DNA of 47,059 nt, taken from the NCBI GenBank assembly GCA_030535915.1, contig JAUNQZ010000002.1, positions 1 to 47,059 on the forward strand, given 5' to 3'. The DNA is from a bacterium (GTDB lineage Bacteria > Verrucomicrobiota > Kiritimatiellia > RFP12 > DVOR01). The position numbers and the translations under genes were made by a program. The notes under the pieces were generated by a model, which worked only from the letters and a program-made list of their open reading frames with translations, made no database searches and was not told the origin of the DNA. Numbering within the stretch: the first letter of the stretch is position 1; each line of letters starts with the position of its first letter. Of the stretch, positions 1-9,174 are shown piece by piece.

Positions 1-2280
1 ACAAAGGCTATACGCTTGAGGTTTATCCGTTGGGTTACGGAGAATCACGATACCTTTTTCTTTACCCAATGCTGCATAACCATAAATATCCATTGGTGCT
101 CCACGCGTATTACCATAATGAGCACCTTCGCCCGGGTCGCCACCAATCCAGTGCGCATCTGTAAGCGTGGATTCATTTGCCTTAATCCACTTTACACCCT
201 TGGCAAGAATATCCCACCAGGTTTCACTCATAAAATCGGGTGTGATGTAATATTCTTGGAGCCCCGTACCAAGAGCGACCGCCATCCAAACTTCCGCAGC
301 AAAGTCTGCACATGCGGTGGGGGTTGCGTACCCTTCGTCTTTATAACGATAATTACCGGTTCCACGATAGTCGCGCATAGTGTTATGCGGGGAGGACTTA
401 CAAACAAGAATGCCATGCATCATGAGCGAGTTCAAAGGGAAGAGTGGCGACTGTGCCACAAAACGGTCATGAATGACATTATCGCGATAGGTCACCCAAC
501 GCTGACGCGCCGTACCGACTTTACCGAGGCTATCGCAGTCGTTATGACCTTTCCAAATGCTATCACACCACATAAGCCAATAGGGAGAAGCCCATGTACC
601 GACCGTGCAGTTGATGAAGACATCCTGCTTTGCTGCGCGCATTTCAGCACAAAGGTTACCGACCGCACGCAAGTCTGCTGCATAACGATCAGCTGCGCCA
701 TTCGCATCGCTACCCGACCCCATGCGGTCAAACTTAAAGAGATTCATATCATAATCTTCAATCATCTGCAACACACGATCACGGAAGGCCGCATAATATT
801 TTGGCTTAGAGAGTTGCAATCCAGGCGCATTCGCATCCACGATGCCCGTCTTCTTGGCATAAGCTAAACGGCGCCCAAAGCTACCGCCGTAACCACCAAA
901 AGGACTCATCCAAGCGGAAATTGATGCTCCTGGCACGAGGTGTGCCTCATCGGCAAGTTCCTTGAAACCATTTGGGAAGTTTTCATTGAATCCCCAAAGG
1001 CTATCGAAATCATCCCAACCATCATCCCAAAGATAGGAATTGATAAAGACACCACGCTTTTCCCAAAGTTCCGTACGGAAAGCACGCATTGAAGCGAGGG
1101 CTTCTTCACGCTTGAAACGCTTTTCAACAGGAGCATCGTTACGATTAATACCAAGATCGTACCATGAATTGTAGTGTGGGAGCACACGATGCGGGTGGGC
1201 TCGTTCTGCATTGAGATAAGTATTAAAGGCACGACGGAATTGCTTCGCATCATCACATTTACCAAAGGTGCATGAGAAGGTCATGGACTCACCCGCACGC
1301 AAAACATCTGCGACCGGAATGTAAGCTGTAAGCGTGTCACCCTTTTGCTCAACTTCAGGTTTTTGAGGCGCTGGGCGAAGAACAATCTTCGTTTCAGGCG
1401 TTGCATTAGCAAGGAGAATCTTACCATTGGTCTTACCCGCGCCATCCGTACCTGCTTTCACGCGAAGCACCACCGGCTGACCCACCGTAAGTCCTGCAAG
1501 GGTATAGGTATTATTAACAGACTTGTTACCCGTTTCACCTTGCTTAATATCATGTGCAATAACAGCGCTATCTTCAGGATTTAAGGCTTCAACACCATAA
1601 AGTTCCGTTTTAAGATTACCACCAGTGTATTGGAAGGTCACCGTCATGGTTTCTGCGGTTGGCTTTACTGGCACATAAAAGACACCCTTACCATCACCTT
1701 CGTTAGTAACATCCTCCGTCGTATAGGTTTCTTTTTTCATGCAATCACGAGCGATCAATTGCTTTGCATGATGGACGAGTTCATACTTTGCCATGGGATG
1801 CTCAATCGCAATCCATACAAGCGAAGTCGACAATGGCGTTGTACCTGCAATTACAGCACCATCCGTATTTCCAACGACATTAAAGGTGAAATCCGCAGGA
1901 AGTTTAGAATCCTTCTGGAAATAGAAGCGATCCAATTCAATATCCTTGTCTGTAGGATTCGTCAAAGTAAAAATAGCACGCGAATAAGCGACAATTGCTT
2001 CACTCTCATCTGCAGGAACATTCATTTGAAGTTCGTTTTGGTAAACTTCGCTCTTCAAATGCAAAGGTCCTACCTCGGTTTGATTCACACGCATCACACG
2101 ATTATGACGCTCCGAAAGACGTGCTGCCGCCGGATTCCCTTCATACTCGCGAATGATTTCAGGTGTCGTAATCTCACCTTCAACAAATGTTTGTTTATCC
2201 TTTGTAGTGATGATAATTGAGTCTGCAAATGCAACCGATGTTGCTGTTGCCATCAATGTCAAAAAAAGTGTTCTATTCAT
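1..2280 (-). CDS. Secreted protein, N-terminal 760 aa (C-terminus lies beyond the window start). The C-terminal half resembles a TIM-barrel glycosidase-like module, but the family is not identified.
   Basis: Absent from the ORF track because it is open at the window edge. I checked every in-frame triplet from 2280 down to 1. There is no plus-strand TTA, CTA or TCA in that frame, so the minus strand has no stop for 760 codons. ATG at 2280-2278. The N-terminus MNRTLFLTLMATATSVAFA/DS is a typical signal peptide. Later motifs are HYNSWYDLG, LFKFDRMG and WASPYWLMWCDSIW. Confidence 0.8.
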   Translation of the reverse strand, partial: MNRTLFLTLMATATSVAFADSIIITTKDKQTFVEGEITTPEIIREYEGNPAAARLSERHNRVMRVNQTEVGPLHLKSEVYQNELQMNVPADESEAIVAYSRAIFTLTNPTDKDIELDRFYFQKDSKLPADFTFNVVGNTDGAVIAGTTPLSTSLVWIAIEHPMAKYELVHHAKQLIARDCMKKETYTTEDVTNEGDGKGVFYVPVKPTAETMTVTFQYTGGNLKTELYGVEALNPEDSAVIAHDIKQGETGNKSVNNTYTLAGLTVGQPVVLRVKAGTDGAGKTNGKILLANATPETKIVLRPAPQKPEVEQKGDTLTAYIPVADVLRAGESMTFSCTFGKCDDAKQFRRAFNTYLNAERAHPHRVLPHYNSWYDLGINRNDAPVEKRFKREEALASMRAFRTELWEKRGVFINSYLWDDGWDDFDSLWGFNENFPNGFKELADEAHLVPGASISAWMSPFGGYGGSFGRRLAYAKKTGIVDANAPGLQLSKPKYYAAFRDRVLQMIEDYDMNLFKFDRMGSGSDANGAADRYAADLRAVGNLCAEMRAAKQDVFINCTVGTWASPYWLMWCDSIWKGHNDCDSLGKVGTARQRWVTYRDNVIHDRFVAQSPLFPLNSLMMHGILVCKSSPHNTMRDYRGTGNYRYKDEGYATPTACADFAAEVWMAVALGTGLQEYYITPDFMSETWWDILAKGVKWIKANESTLTDAHWIGGDPGEGAHYGNTRGAPMDIYGYAALGKEKGIVILRNPTDKPQAYSLC

Positions 2281-2379
2281 ACATTGTGTCCTTTAATGAA
2301 ACCTTTCTTATAGTATACCAAAGTTTACCTTTGAAAACAATTATTAAAATCGAAAAATAATGACACGTTAAGGCGCTCT

Positions 2380-2506
2380 AATTTCAAGACCGATGGAATT
2401 GAATCGCAAAGTCGCCCATTTTGACGAGCAAAGTGGGCGATATTGAGCTTCAAAATGGGCGACTTTGAAAACCCTTGATTTTAAAGGCTTTTAGAGACCT
2501 CAAAAA
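2380..2506 (-). repeat. Interspersed palindromic element, copy A, inverted relative to copy B at 35297-35449. The left end is degenerate.
   Basis: The reverse complement shares four blocks with copy B: TTTTTGAGGTCT 12/12 (2495-2506), AAAAGCCTTTAAAATCAAG 19/19 (2474-2492), TTCAAAGTCGCCC 13/13 (2457-2469), and a 26-nt arm-plus-loop block 25/26 (2407-2432). An internal 11-bp perfect inverted repeat is CAAAGTCGCCC (2407-2417) / GGGCGACTTTG (2457-2467). Confidence 0.8.
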
Positions 2507-2671
2507 AAGAGGGTAAAAAAGCCCTAAAAAAGAGGAGAAATTCACTTCAAAAAAAATAAAAAAAGGAGAAAAACGATACCGTCTCTCACCTCTTTTTTTA
2601 TTTTTCGAAGAATTCTAAAGAGATTGAAAATCGATGCAAAAATGCGCGTTGAAAAAAGTTCAAACAGCACG

Positions 2672-3223
2672 TTAAAGTTGCTTAATGACACGCGCGGGGT
2701 TGCCAACGGCGATGACATTTGCAGGAATATCGCGTGTCACTACACTCCCTGCTCCAATCACACTGTTTTCTCCAATCGTAACGCCTGGAAGAATGGTTAC
2801 ATTCCCACCGAGCCACACATTGTCTTTAAGGGTAATGGGTGCGGTTCGCTCCACATTCGTAAAGCGTGCCTTAGGGTCTGTAGGATGAATCGCTGTTAAA
2901 AAGGAGCATCCCGGTCCACAAAGAACATGTTTTCCCAAGGTCACTGGCGCACAGTCGAGCATCACACAGTTGTAATTGAGGAAGCTCCCCTCGCCCATTG
3001 AGATATTACACCCATAGTCACAATGAAAGGGTTGTTCAATCACCGCATCGTCTGCGAAGGCTTTAAAGAAGGATTTGAGGAGTGCGAGACGCTCTGCGGT
3101 AGCCGCCGGAGGTAAAGCATTATATTCAAAACATTTCGTTTGTGCATGTAAACGCAAATCTGCAAGTTCTGAGGGTTGATACCATTCCCCAGCAATCATC
3201 TTTTGATAGGTTTCGCGATTCAT
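2672..3223 (-). CDS. maa: Maltose/galactoside O-acetyltransferase (left-handed beta-helix, hexapeptide-repeat family)
   Basis: 183 aa, which I recall is about the length of E. coli Maa. It has the Mac-type N-terminus (MIAGEWY...) and hexapeptide repeats (VWLGGNVTILPGVTIGENSVIGAGSVVTRDIP). Confidence 0.88.
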   Translation of the reverse strand: MNRETYQKMIAGEWYQPSELADLRLHAQTKCFEYNALPPAATAERLALLKSFFKAFADDAVIEQPFHCDYGCNISMGEGSFLNYNCVMLDCAPVTLGKHVLCGPGCSFLTAIHPTDPKARFTNVERTAPITLKDNVWLGGNVTILPGVTIGENSVIGAGSVVTRDIPANVIAVGNPARVIKQL

Positions 3224-3234
3224 TTCATTTTCCT

Positions 3235-3262
3235 ATAAAAAAGCGTCTCAAGTTGAGACGCC
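3235..3262 (-). terminator. Rho-independent terminator downstream of def
   Basis: On the minus strand, GCGTCTCAA-C-TTGAGACGC (3243-3261) is followed by TTTTTTAT. Confidence 0.7.
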
Positions 3263-3266
3263 TTGG

Positions 3267-3296
3267 ATTAAAAGTGATTGTCATTGACGTGGTCAA
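3267..3296 (-). promoter_or_regulatory. Candidate sigma70-type promoter upstream of the hairpin and maa
   Basis: On the minus strand, TTGACC (3296-3291), an 18-nt spacer, then TTTAAT (3272-3267). Confidence 0.35.
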
Positions 3297-3341
3297 ATAA
3301 AAACGAGTTTGTTATTGACCTTATCAACACAAGAGAATGAA

Positions 3342-3905
3342 TTAAAGCAAGCCAAGGGCTTTTTTCGTTTTCTTCTCAAGTTTTTCAAGCTTGGGTAAAA
3401 TCTTGGTCTTGTCTTCAACATTGTCGATGAAAACACCGCCACCGAGATGTTCAAGCTCGTGTTGCACAGCACGCGCAAGCAATCCATACGCCGTGTAGGT
3501 TTGACGCTCACCATTGATATCGTGAAAGGTAAAGCTCACCTTATTGGCGCGGGTGACATCGGCATGAATCGAGGGGAAAGAAAGGCAACCTTCATTATCG
3601 GTTTGTTCGCCTTCCTTCGTCAAGATTTCTGGATTAAACATCACCAACGGCATGGGAATAGAAGCATTGATTTCTTCATATTCTTCTTTTTCTGCATCGC
3701 TTGGGACATCAATCACACAAAGCGCTTCATTACGACCAACCTGCGGAGCTGCAAGACCAACGCCATTGGCATTGTACATGGTTTCAATCATGTCTAAGAC
3801 AAGCTGACGAAGTTCGGGGGTAATGGCATTTACCGGATGACACGGCTGACGCAACACGGGGTCGCCCCAGTGTCGCATTTGCAAGGGTCCAATCTTCTTT
3901 GCCAT
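3342..3905 (-). CDS. def: Peptide deformylase
   Basis: Motifs GVGLAAPQVG, EGCLSFP and HELEHLGG. 187 aa. Confidence 0.95.
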   Translation of the reverse strand: MAKKIGPLQMRHWGDPVLRQPCHPVNAITPELRQLVLDMIETMYNANGVGLAAPQVGRNEALCVIDVPSDAEKEEYEEINASIPMPLVMFNPEILTKEGEQTDNEGCLSFPSIHADVTRANKVSFTFHDINGERQTYTAYGLLARAVQHELEHLGGGVFIDNVEDKTKILPKLEKLEKKTKKALGLL

Positions 3906-3906
3906 A

Positions 3907-5184
3907 TTACTTCACCGGGACTAAACGGTCACTACCGAAGTAGGGACGAATGGCTTCTGGGAGGAGAACCGAACCATCCGCCTGCTGGCACTGTTCCAAA
4001 ATGGCAATCATGAGGCGAGGCAATGCCACACCCGAACCATTGAGGGTATGCACGAATGCGGGTTTACCATCAGGTCCACGATAACGGATATTAGCACGAC
4101 GTGCTTGGAAGCTTTCGAAGTTGGAGCAGCTGGAAACTTCAAGCCATGCCTTCTGACCAGGGGCCCACAATTCGATATCATAACACTTTGCAGCGGAGAA
4201 AGAAATATCACCCGAGCAAAGTTCAAGCACACGATAATTTAAGCCGAGGGAGGAGAGGACCTCTTCTGCATCCTGAACGAGCAATTCGAGTTCATCATAG
4301 GAGGTGGAGGGCTCGACAAACTTCACCATTTCGACCTTGTCAAACTGGTGCACACGAAGAATCCCACGCGTATCCTTACCTGCACTACCCGCTTCACGAC
4401 GGAAGCAAGGCGTATAAGCCGTCATCTTAATCGGCAACTTATCGGCATCGAGAATATCATCGCGATAGTAGTTAGTCACGGGAACTTCTGCAGTAGGAAT
4501 CAACCAGAAATCATCAACTTCGCAGTGATACATGTCTTCTTGCATCTTCGGCAACTGACCGGTTCCAATCATCGATGCGGTATTCACAACAAAGGGAGGC
4601 AACATTTCGGTGTAACCGTGCTTTTGCGTATGCATATCCAACATATATTGGATGAGTGCACGTTGCAACTTCGAGCCTTGACCCAAAAGAATGGGGAAAC
4701 CTGTACCCGTTAACTTCACACCACGCGGGAAGTCAAAAATACCCAACTTTTCACCCAATGCGATATGATCAAGCGGTTCAAAGTCAAAGGTCGGCTCTGT
4801 GCCAACATGACGCACATCGCGATTGTGGCTGCTATCAGGACCTGTTGCGATTGTCTTGCACGGCACATTAGGAATACGCAACATCGCCGTACGGAAAGCT
4901 TCTTCAAGTTCACGGATTTCAACATCCTTTGCGGCGATTTCATCACCGAGGATACGCATTTCTTCCTTTACAGCAGAAATATCTTCACCGGCTTTCACAC
5001 GGACACCGATGGACTTTGAAACACCATTACGTTTTGCTTTAAGTGCGTCAACTTCAGTAATAAGGGTACGACGACGCGTATCGATGTCTAATACATTATC
5101 TACAAGGCTGGTATCCATCCAGCGACGAGTCAACCCCTCACGTACTTCATCGGGGGTTTCACGAATACGTTTAATATCAAGCAT
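3907..5184 (-). CDS. serS: Serine--tRNA ligase
   Basis: 425 aa with an N-terminal coiled-coil arm. Class II motifs are FRREAGSAGKDTRGILRVHQFDKVE and GSGVALPRLMIAILE. One nucleotide (3906) separates its stop from the def start. Confidence 0.96.
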   Translation of the reverse strand: MLDIKRIRETPDEVREGLTRRWMDTSLVDNVLDIDTRRRTLITEVDALKAKRNGVSKSIGVRVKAGEDISAVKEEMRILGDEIAAKDVEIRELEEAFRTAMLRIPNVPCKTIATGPDSSHNRDVRHVGTEPTFDFEPLDHIALGEKLGIFDFPRGVKLTGTGFPILLGQGSKLQRALIQYMLDMHTQKHGYTEMLPPFVVNTASMIGTGQLPKMQEDMYHCEVDDFWLIPTAEVPVTNYYRDDILDADKLPIKMTAYTPCFRREAGSAGKDTRGILRVHQFDKVEMVKFVEPSTSYDELELLVQDAEEVLSSLGLNYRVLELCSGDISFSAAKCYDIELWAPGQKAWLEVSSCSNFESFQARRANIRYRGPDGKPAFVHTLNGSGVALPRLMIAILEQCQQADGSVLLPEAIRPYFGSDRLVPVK

Positions 5185-5218
5185 GGTATGCCTCTTATTG
5201 AGTTTGTAATGCCTCTAT

Positions 5219-5247
5219 ATTAAAGCACACTCCGCGTTAGAAAACAA
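5219..5247 (-). promoter_or_regulatory. Candidate promoter of serS-def
   Basis: On the minus strand, TTGTTT (5247-5242), a 17-nt spacer, then TTTAAT (5224-5219). An AAGAGG Shine-Dalgarno sits ahead of the ATG. Confidence 0.4.
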
Positions 5248-5525
5248 GTTTTTTATTTATTTTCCTAAAAAACTTCACTTCTCCCCCACCCTCACCGCTT
5301 ACACCAACATACTAGAGCGTATGTTTATCTCTTCCAAAGTCACACTCCATAAACGAATCCCAACCGCAACGGAAAAAACACCCCCTAATACTTTCCAATG
5401 AGAAAAATACCCTAAAATTTATTCATTTTTACCTATACTTTTGAGAGAAAATGTGATAGACTATTGTCTCGGTTTAAAACAACTTGTTTTTACATTTGCC
5501 AACCGACTAGTAGAAGGCCCCATAT

Positions 5526-8500
5526 ATGCAGCGTTCTGACATCAAAAAAGTGTTAATTATCGGCTCCGGTCCCATTGTTATCGGGCAAGCTTGCGAATTT
5601 GACTATTCTGGCACACAAGCCTGTAAGGCTCTTCGTTCATTGGGTTATAAGATTGTTCTTGTGAACTCTAACCCTGCAACGATTATGACCGACCCGACCA
5701 TGGCCGATGCCACCTATATCGAGCCTTTGAATCTTGAACGCCTTGAACAAATCATTGCAAAGGAACGCCCCGACGCAATCCTCCCGAACTTGGGCGGTCA
5801 AACGGGCTTAAACATGTCCTCTGCACTTGCAAAGGCTGGCATTCTCGAAAAGTATGGTGTGATGGTCATTGGTGTAAACCTTGAAGCCATTGAACGCGGT
5901 GAAGACCGTGATATCTTCAAAAACACCATGCAAGAAATTGGCATTGACTTGCCGCGTTCGGGTATCGCAAATAGTATGGCCGAAGCCGAAGCCATCGCTG
6001 CAGACATCGGCTTCCCCTTGGTCATTCGTCCAGCTTACACCATGGGTGGCTCGGGTGGCGGATTCGCTTATAACCCTGAAGAACTCGAAACCATCGCTCG
6101 TAAAGGTCTCGACCTCTCCATGACCCATCAAATTCTCGTTGAAGAATCCATTAAGGGTTGGGAAGAACTCGAAATTGAAGTCGTTCGCGATGCAAAGAAT
6201 CAAATGGTTTGCGTTTGCACGATTGAAAACATCGACCCTGTGGGTGTTCATACCGGTGACTCTTTCTGTGCAGCACCGATGCAGACCATCGCTCCCGAAC
6301 TCGTTGAGCGCCTCACCCAGATGGCCTTCAAGATTGTTGAAACCATCGGTGTGATTGGTGGTACCAATGTTCAATTCGCACACGATCCCAAATCGGATCG
6401 CGTAGTGATTATTGAAATCAACCCCCGCACCTCGCGTTCTTCGGCGCTCGCCTCCAAGGCAACCGGCTTCCCCATCGCACTCGTCTCCGCCAAGCTCGCA
6501 GCGGGTATGACCTTAGATGAACTCCCCTATTGGCGTGATGGTTCGCTCGAAAAGTACACCCCTTCGGGTGACTATGTCGTGCTTAAGTTTGCACGATGGG
6601 CCTTTGAAAAGTTCCGTGCTGTTGAAGATCGCCTCGGTACCCAAATGAAAGCTGTCGGTGAAGTGATGTCCATCGGCAAAAACTATAAGGAAGCCCTTCA
6701 AAAGGCGATTCGAGGTCTTGAAAAAGGTCGCCATGGTCTCGGTTGGGTCGGCTTTGAAGCCTTCACCCTCAAGCAACTTTTAACCAAACTTCGCACGCCG
6801 TCGAGCGAAACGCACTTCATCCTTTACGAAGCTCTTCGTCAAGGCGCTACGGACGAACAAGTCTTTGAAGCCTGTGCGATCAAGGGTCACTTCGTGCAAC
6901 AGATGCGTGAACTCGTTCAGCTCGAAGAAAAGATTCTTACCCACAAGGGCGCCCTTCCTCCAGACGATCTCTTGACACAAGCCAAGAAGGATGGTTTCTC
7001 GGATCGTTACCTCTCCAAACTTCTCGGTATTCCTGAAAAGACCATTCGTGAAAAGCGTGAAGCACTTGGCGTGGTTGAAGGTTGGCATGCAGTGCCGGTT
7101 TCGGGCGTTGAAAATAAAGAGTACTACTACTCCACTTACAATGCTCCCGATCAACTCGTCATCAAGCCTAATCCCAAGAAGGTGATGATTCTCGGTGGTG
7201 GTCCCAACCGTATCGGTCAAGGTATTGAATTCGACTACTGCTGCTGTCACGCGGCCTTCACATTGCGCGAACTCGGTTACGAAACCGTCATGGTGAACTG
7301 CAACCCTGAAACCGTTTCGACCGACTATGACACATCTGATCGTCTCTACTTCGAACCCGTTACGGTGGAAGATGTTCTCCAGATTTATCGCAAGGAACAA
7401 CCCCTCGGCATTATCGTTCAATTCGGCGGTCAAACCCCGCTCAACATTGCACGCGAACTCGCCGATGCAGGCTGTAACATCCTCGGTACATCCATTGATT
7501 CGATCGATATCGCAGAAGACCGTGACCTCTTCCGCCAGATGATGGACAAACTCGAAATTCCGATGCCCGAAAGTGGCATGGCCATCAATATTGACGAAGC
7601 CATTGCAGTCGCCAATCAGATTGGTTATCCGTTGATGATTCGCCCCTCCTTCGTGCTCGGCGGTCGTGGCATGGAAGTCATCTATGACGAAAACATGCTC
7701 CGCGAATATGTTGCAAAGGCCGTAGGTGTTACAGAAGATCGCCCCCTCCTCCTTGATCGCTTCCTCCAAGATGCCCTTGAATGTGAAGCAGACGCCGTCA
7801 GTAATGGCGAAGAAGTCTTCATCCCCGCCGTCATGGAACATGTGGAACTCGCAGGCGTTCACTCGGGTGACTCGGCATGCATTCTTCCTTCTGCAAATAT
7901 TGCAGATAGCTGCCTTGAAACCATCAAGACCTACACCCAAAAAATTGCAAAGGCACTCAAGGTGTGCGGTTTGATGAATATGCAGTACGCAATTGAAGAC
8001 GGCAAAGTCTATGTGCTTGAAGCCAACCCTCGTGCATCGCGTACAGTTCCCTTGGTCTCCAAGGTCTGCGCAATTCAAATGGCATCTGCAGCAACGCGTT
8101 TGATGCTCGGTGAATCGATGGATCAAATTGGTCTTAAGCATGGTAAGTTCTCTTACTATGGCGCGAAGGAAGCGGTTTGTCCCTTTGATAAATTCCCAGA
8201 AGTGGACCCCGTCCTTGGACCTGAAATGCGCTCCACAGGTGAAGTGCTCGGCTTAGCGCGTGATGCCGCCCTTGCCTTCTGCAAGAGCCAAGAAGCCGCC
8301 AATGCTCCGCTCCCAACACATGGTGCAATTTTAGCCTCCTTCTCGGTGAAGAATGAAGCATCTGCGACAGCCTTGCGTAACTTTGTTGACCTCGGCTTCA
8401 AGATTTACGCAACGCCTGGCACCAAGCGTCTCCTGGACCAGTACAACATTCCTTCGGAATCGGTTGCGAAGATTGGTCGTGGGCGTCCCAATGTCTTGGA

Positions 8501-8729
8501 CTTAATCCTCAACAAGCAGGTTGACTTCATTCTCAATACACCGAGCCCCCGTCGTGATGCTCATGCCGATGGTTCGTCCATCCGTAAGGCTGCGCTCAAG
8601 TACCGCATTCCTTATATGACAACCCTCGCTGCGGCACTTATGTCTGCACGCGGTATCGCCGCAGAACGCATCTCCGGTAAAGGTGAAGTCGAATCCATCC
8701 AGGAATACCACGCATCGATTGAATACTAA
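5526..8729 (+). CDS. carB: Carbamoyl-phosphate synthase large subunit
   Basis: 1067 aa with duplicated ATP-grasp halves. The halves begin ILIIGSGPIVIGQACEFDYSGTQACKAL and VMILGGGPNRIGQGIEFDYCCCHA. The C-terminus is MGS-like. No carA is adjacent. Confidence 0.97.
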   Translation: MQRSDIKKVLIIGSGPIVIGQACEFDYSGTQACKALRSLGYKIVLVNSNPATIMTDPTMADATYIEPLNLERLEQIIAKERPDAILPNLGGQTGLNMSSALAKAGILEKYGVMVIGVNLEAIERGEDRDIFKNTMQEIGIDLPRSGIANSMAEAEAIAADIGFPLVIRPAYTMGGSGGGFAYNPEELETIARKGLDLSMTHQILVEESIKGWEELEIEVVRDAKNQMVCVCTIENIDPVGVHTGDSFCAAPMQTIAPELVERLTQMAFKIVETIGVIGGTNVQFAHDPKSDRVVIIEINPRTSRSSALASKATGFPIALVSAKLAAGMTLDELPYWRDGSLEKYTPSGDYVVLKFARWAFEKFRAVEDRLGTQMKAVGEVMSIGKNYKEALQKAIRGLEKGRHGLGWVGFEAFTLKQLLTKLRTPSSETHFILYEALRQGATDEQVFEACAIKGHFVQQMRELVQLEEKILTHKGALPPDDLLTQAKKDGFSDRYLSKLLGIPEKTIREKREALGVVEGWHAVPVSGVENKEYYYSTYNAPDQLVIKPNPKKVMILGGGPNRIGQGIEFDYCCCHAAFTLRELGYETVMVNCNPETVSTDYDTSDRLYFEPVTVEDVLQIYRKEQPLGIIVQFGGQTPLNIARELADAGCNILGTSIDSIDIAEDRDLFRQMMDKLEIPMPESGMAINIDEAIAVANQIGYPLMIRPSFVLGGRGMEVIYDENMLREYVAKAVGVTEDRPLLLDRFLQDALECEADAVSNGEEVFIPAVMEHVELAGVHSGDSACILPSANIADSCLETIKTYTQKIAKALKVCGLMNMQYAIEDGKVYVLEANPRASRTVPLVSKVCAIQMASAATRLMLGESMDQIGLKHGKFSYYGAKEAVCPFDKFPEVDPVLGPEMRSTGEVLGLARDAALAFCKSQEAANAPLPTHGAILASFSVKNEASATALRNFVDLGFKIYATPGTKRLLDQYNIPSESVAKIGRGRPNVLDLILNKQVDFILNTPSPRRDAHADGSSIRKAALKYRIPYMTTLAAALMSARGIAAERISGKGEVESIQEYHASIEY

Positions 8730-8752
8730 TTCAAACGAGACCTACAAGTGAC

Positions 8753-8787
8753 AAAACGAGCGGCAAATCTTGTCGCTCGTTTTGTTT
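8753..8787 (+). terminator. Rho-independent terminator of carB
   Basis: AAAACGAGCGGCAA-ATC-TTGTCGCTCGTTTT followed by GTTT. It starts 24 nt after the stop codon. Confidence 0.85.
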
Positions 8788-9118
8788 AACACTTGAATAA
8801 AACAATCAAACAATCGCCACCACCCCTCAACACCACCAATCCAATAAGACCCCATAAAACCACCAATAAGCAAATCGCCTTTATACATCTCTAAAACCAT
8901 TGCTAAAAACCCGCTTTCTACACCCTTCCATCGCCTCAATCAACGAACCTTCTTCATAAGGCCTTAAATGCTCCGTACGCAAGCATTTCAATCACGCGCC
9001 TCTCAATCATACCAATATAAATGCACTTCTCACCAAAAAAGCGTGCAACACCAATTTTTAAAAAGAGATCAAGCAAAAGTTTATTTTGAAATAAATACAA
9101 AAAAATTTCTAAAATGGC

Positions 9119-9147
9119 TTGATATTAGGTATTTTATTTGTTATAAT
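9119..9147 (+). promoter_or_regulatory. Near-consensus sigma70 promoter of the rubredoxin gene
   Basis: TTGATA (9119-9124), a 17-nt spacer, then TATAAT (9142-9147). AAAGGAGAG Shine-Dalgarno at 9161-9169. Confidence 0.7.
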
Positions 9148-9174
9148 GGGTGCATATAAAGAAAGGAGAGTCGT

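Noticed and set aside
16-2220. Plus-strand ORFs 16-867, 1345-1584 and 1630-2220
   Set aside because: They are antisense to the 760-codon signal-peptide gene, which is open on the minus strand. Their translations are Cys/Ile/Thr/Arg-rich and show no motifs.
5283-5296. CACCCC/CCCCACC words as specific KOPS/Chi-like signals
   Set aside because: Spacer composition is roughly 35-40 percent C and A. The observed handful of occurrences in about 2 kb of spacer is close to what composition alone predicts. Only the underlying strand skew is reported as a finding.
6780-8141. 453-aa minus-strand ORF, plus many shorter ORFs inside carB
   Set aside because: It is antisense to carB, whose identity is certain. 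The sequence is low-complexity and Cys/His/Phe-rich, and no Shine-Dalgarno is present.
5526-8729. Orphan carB without carA as an anomaly
   Set aside because: Separation of carA and carB occurs in many genomes. Nothing in the sequence suggests a defect, and carA is probably elsewhere.
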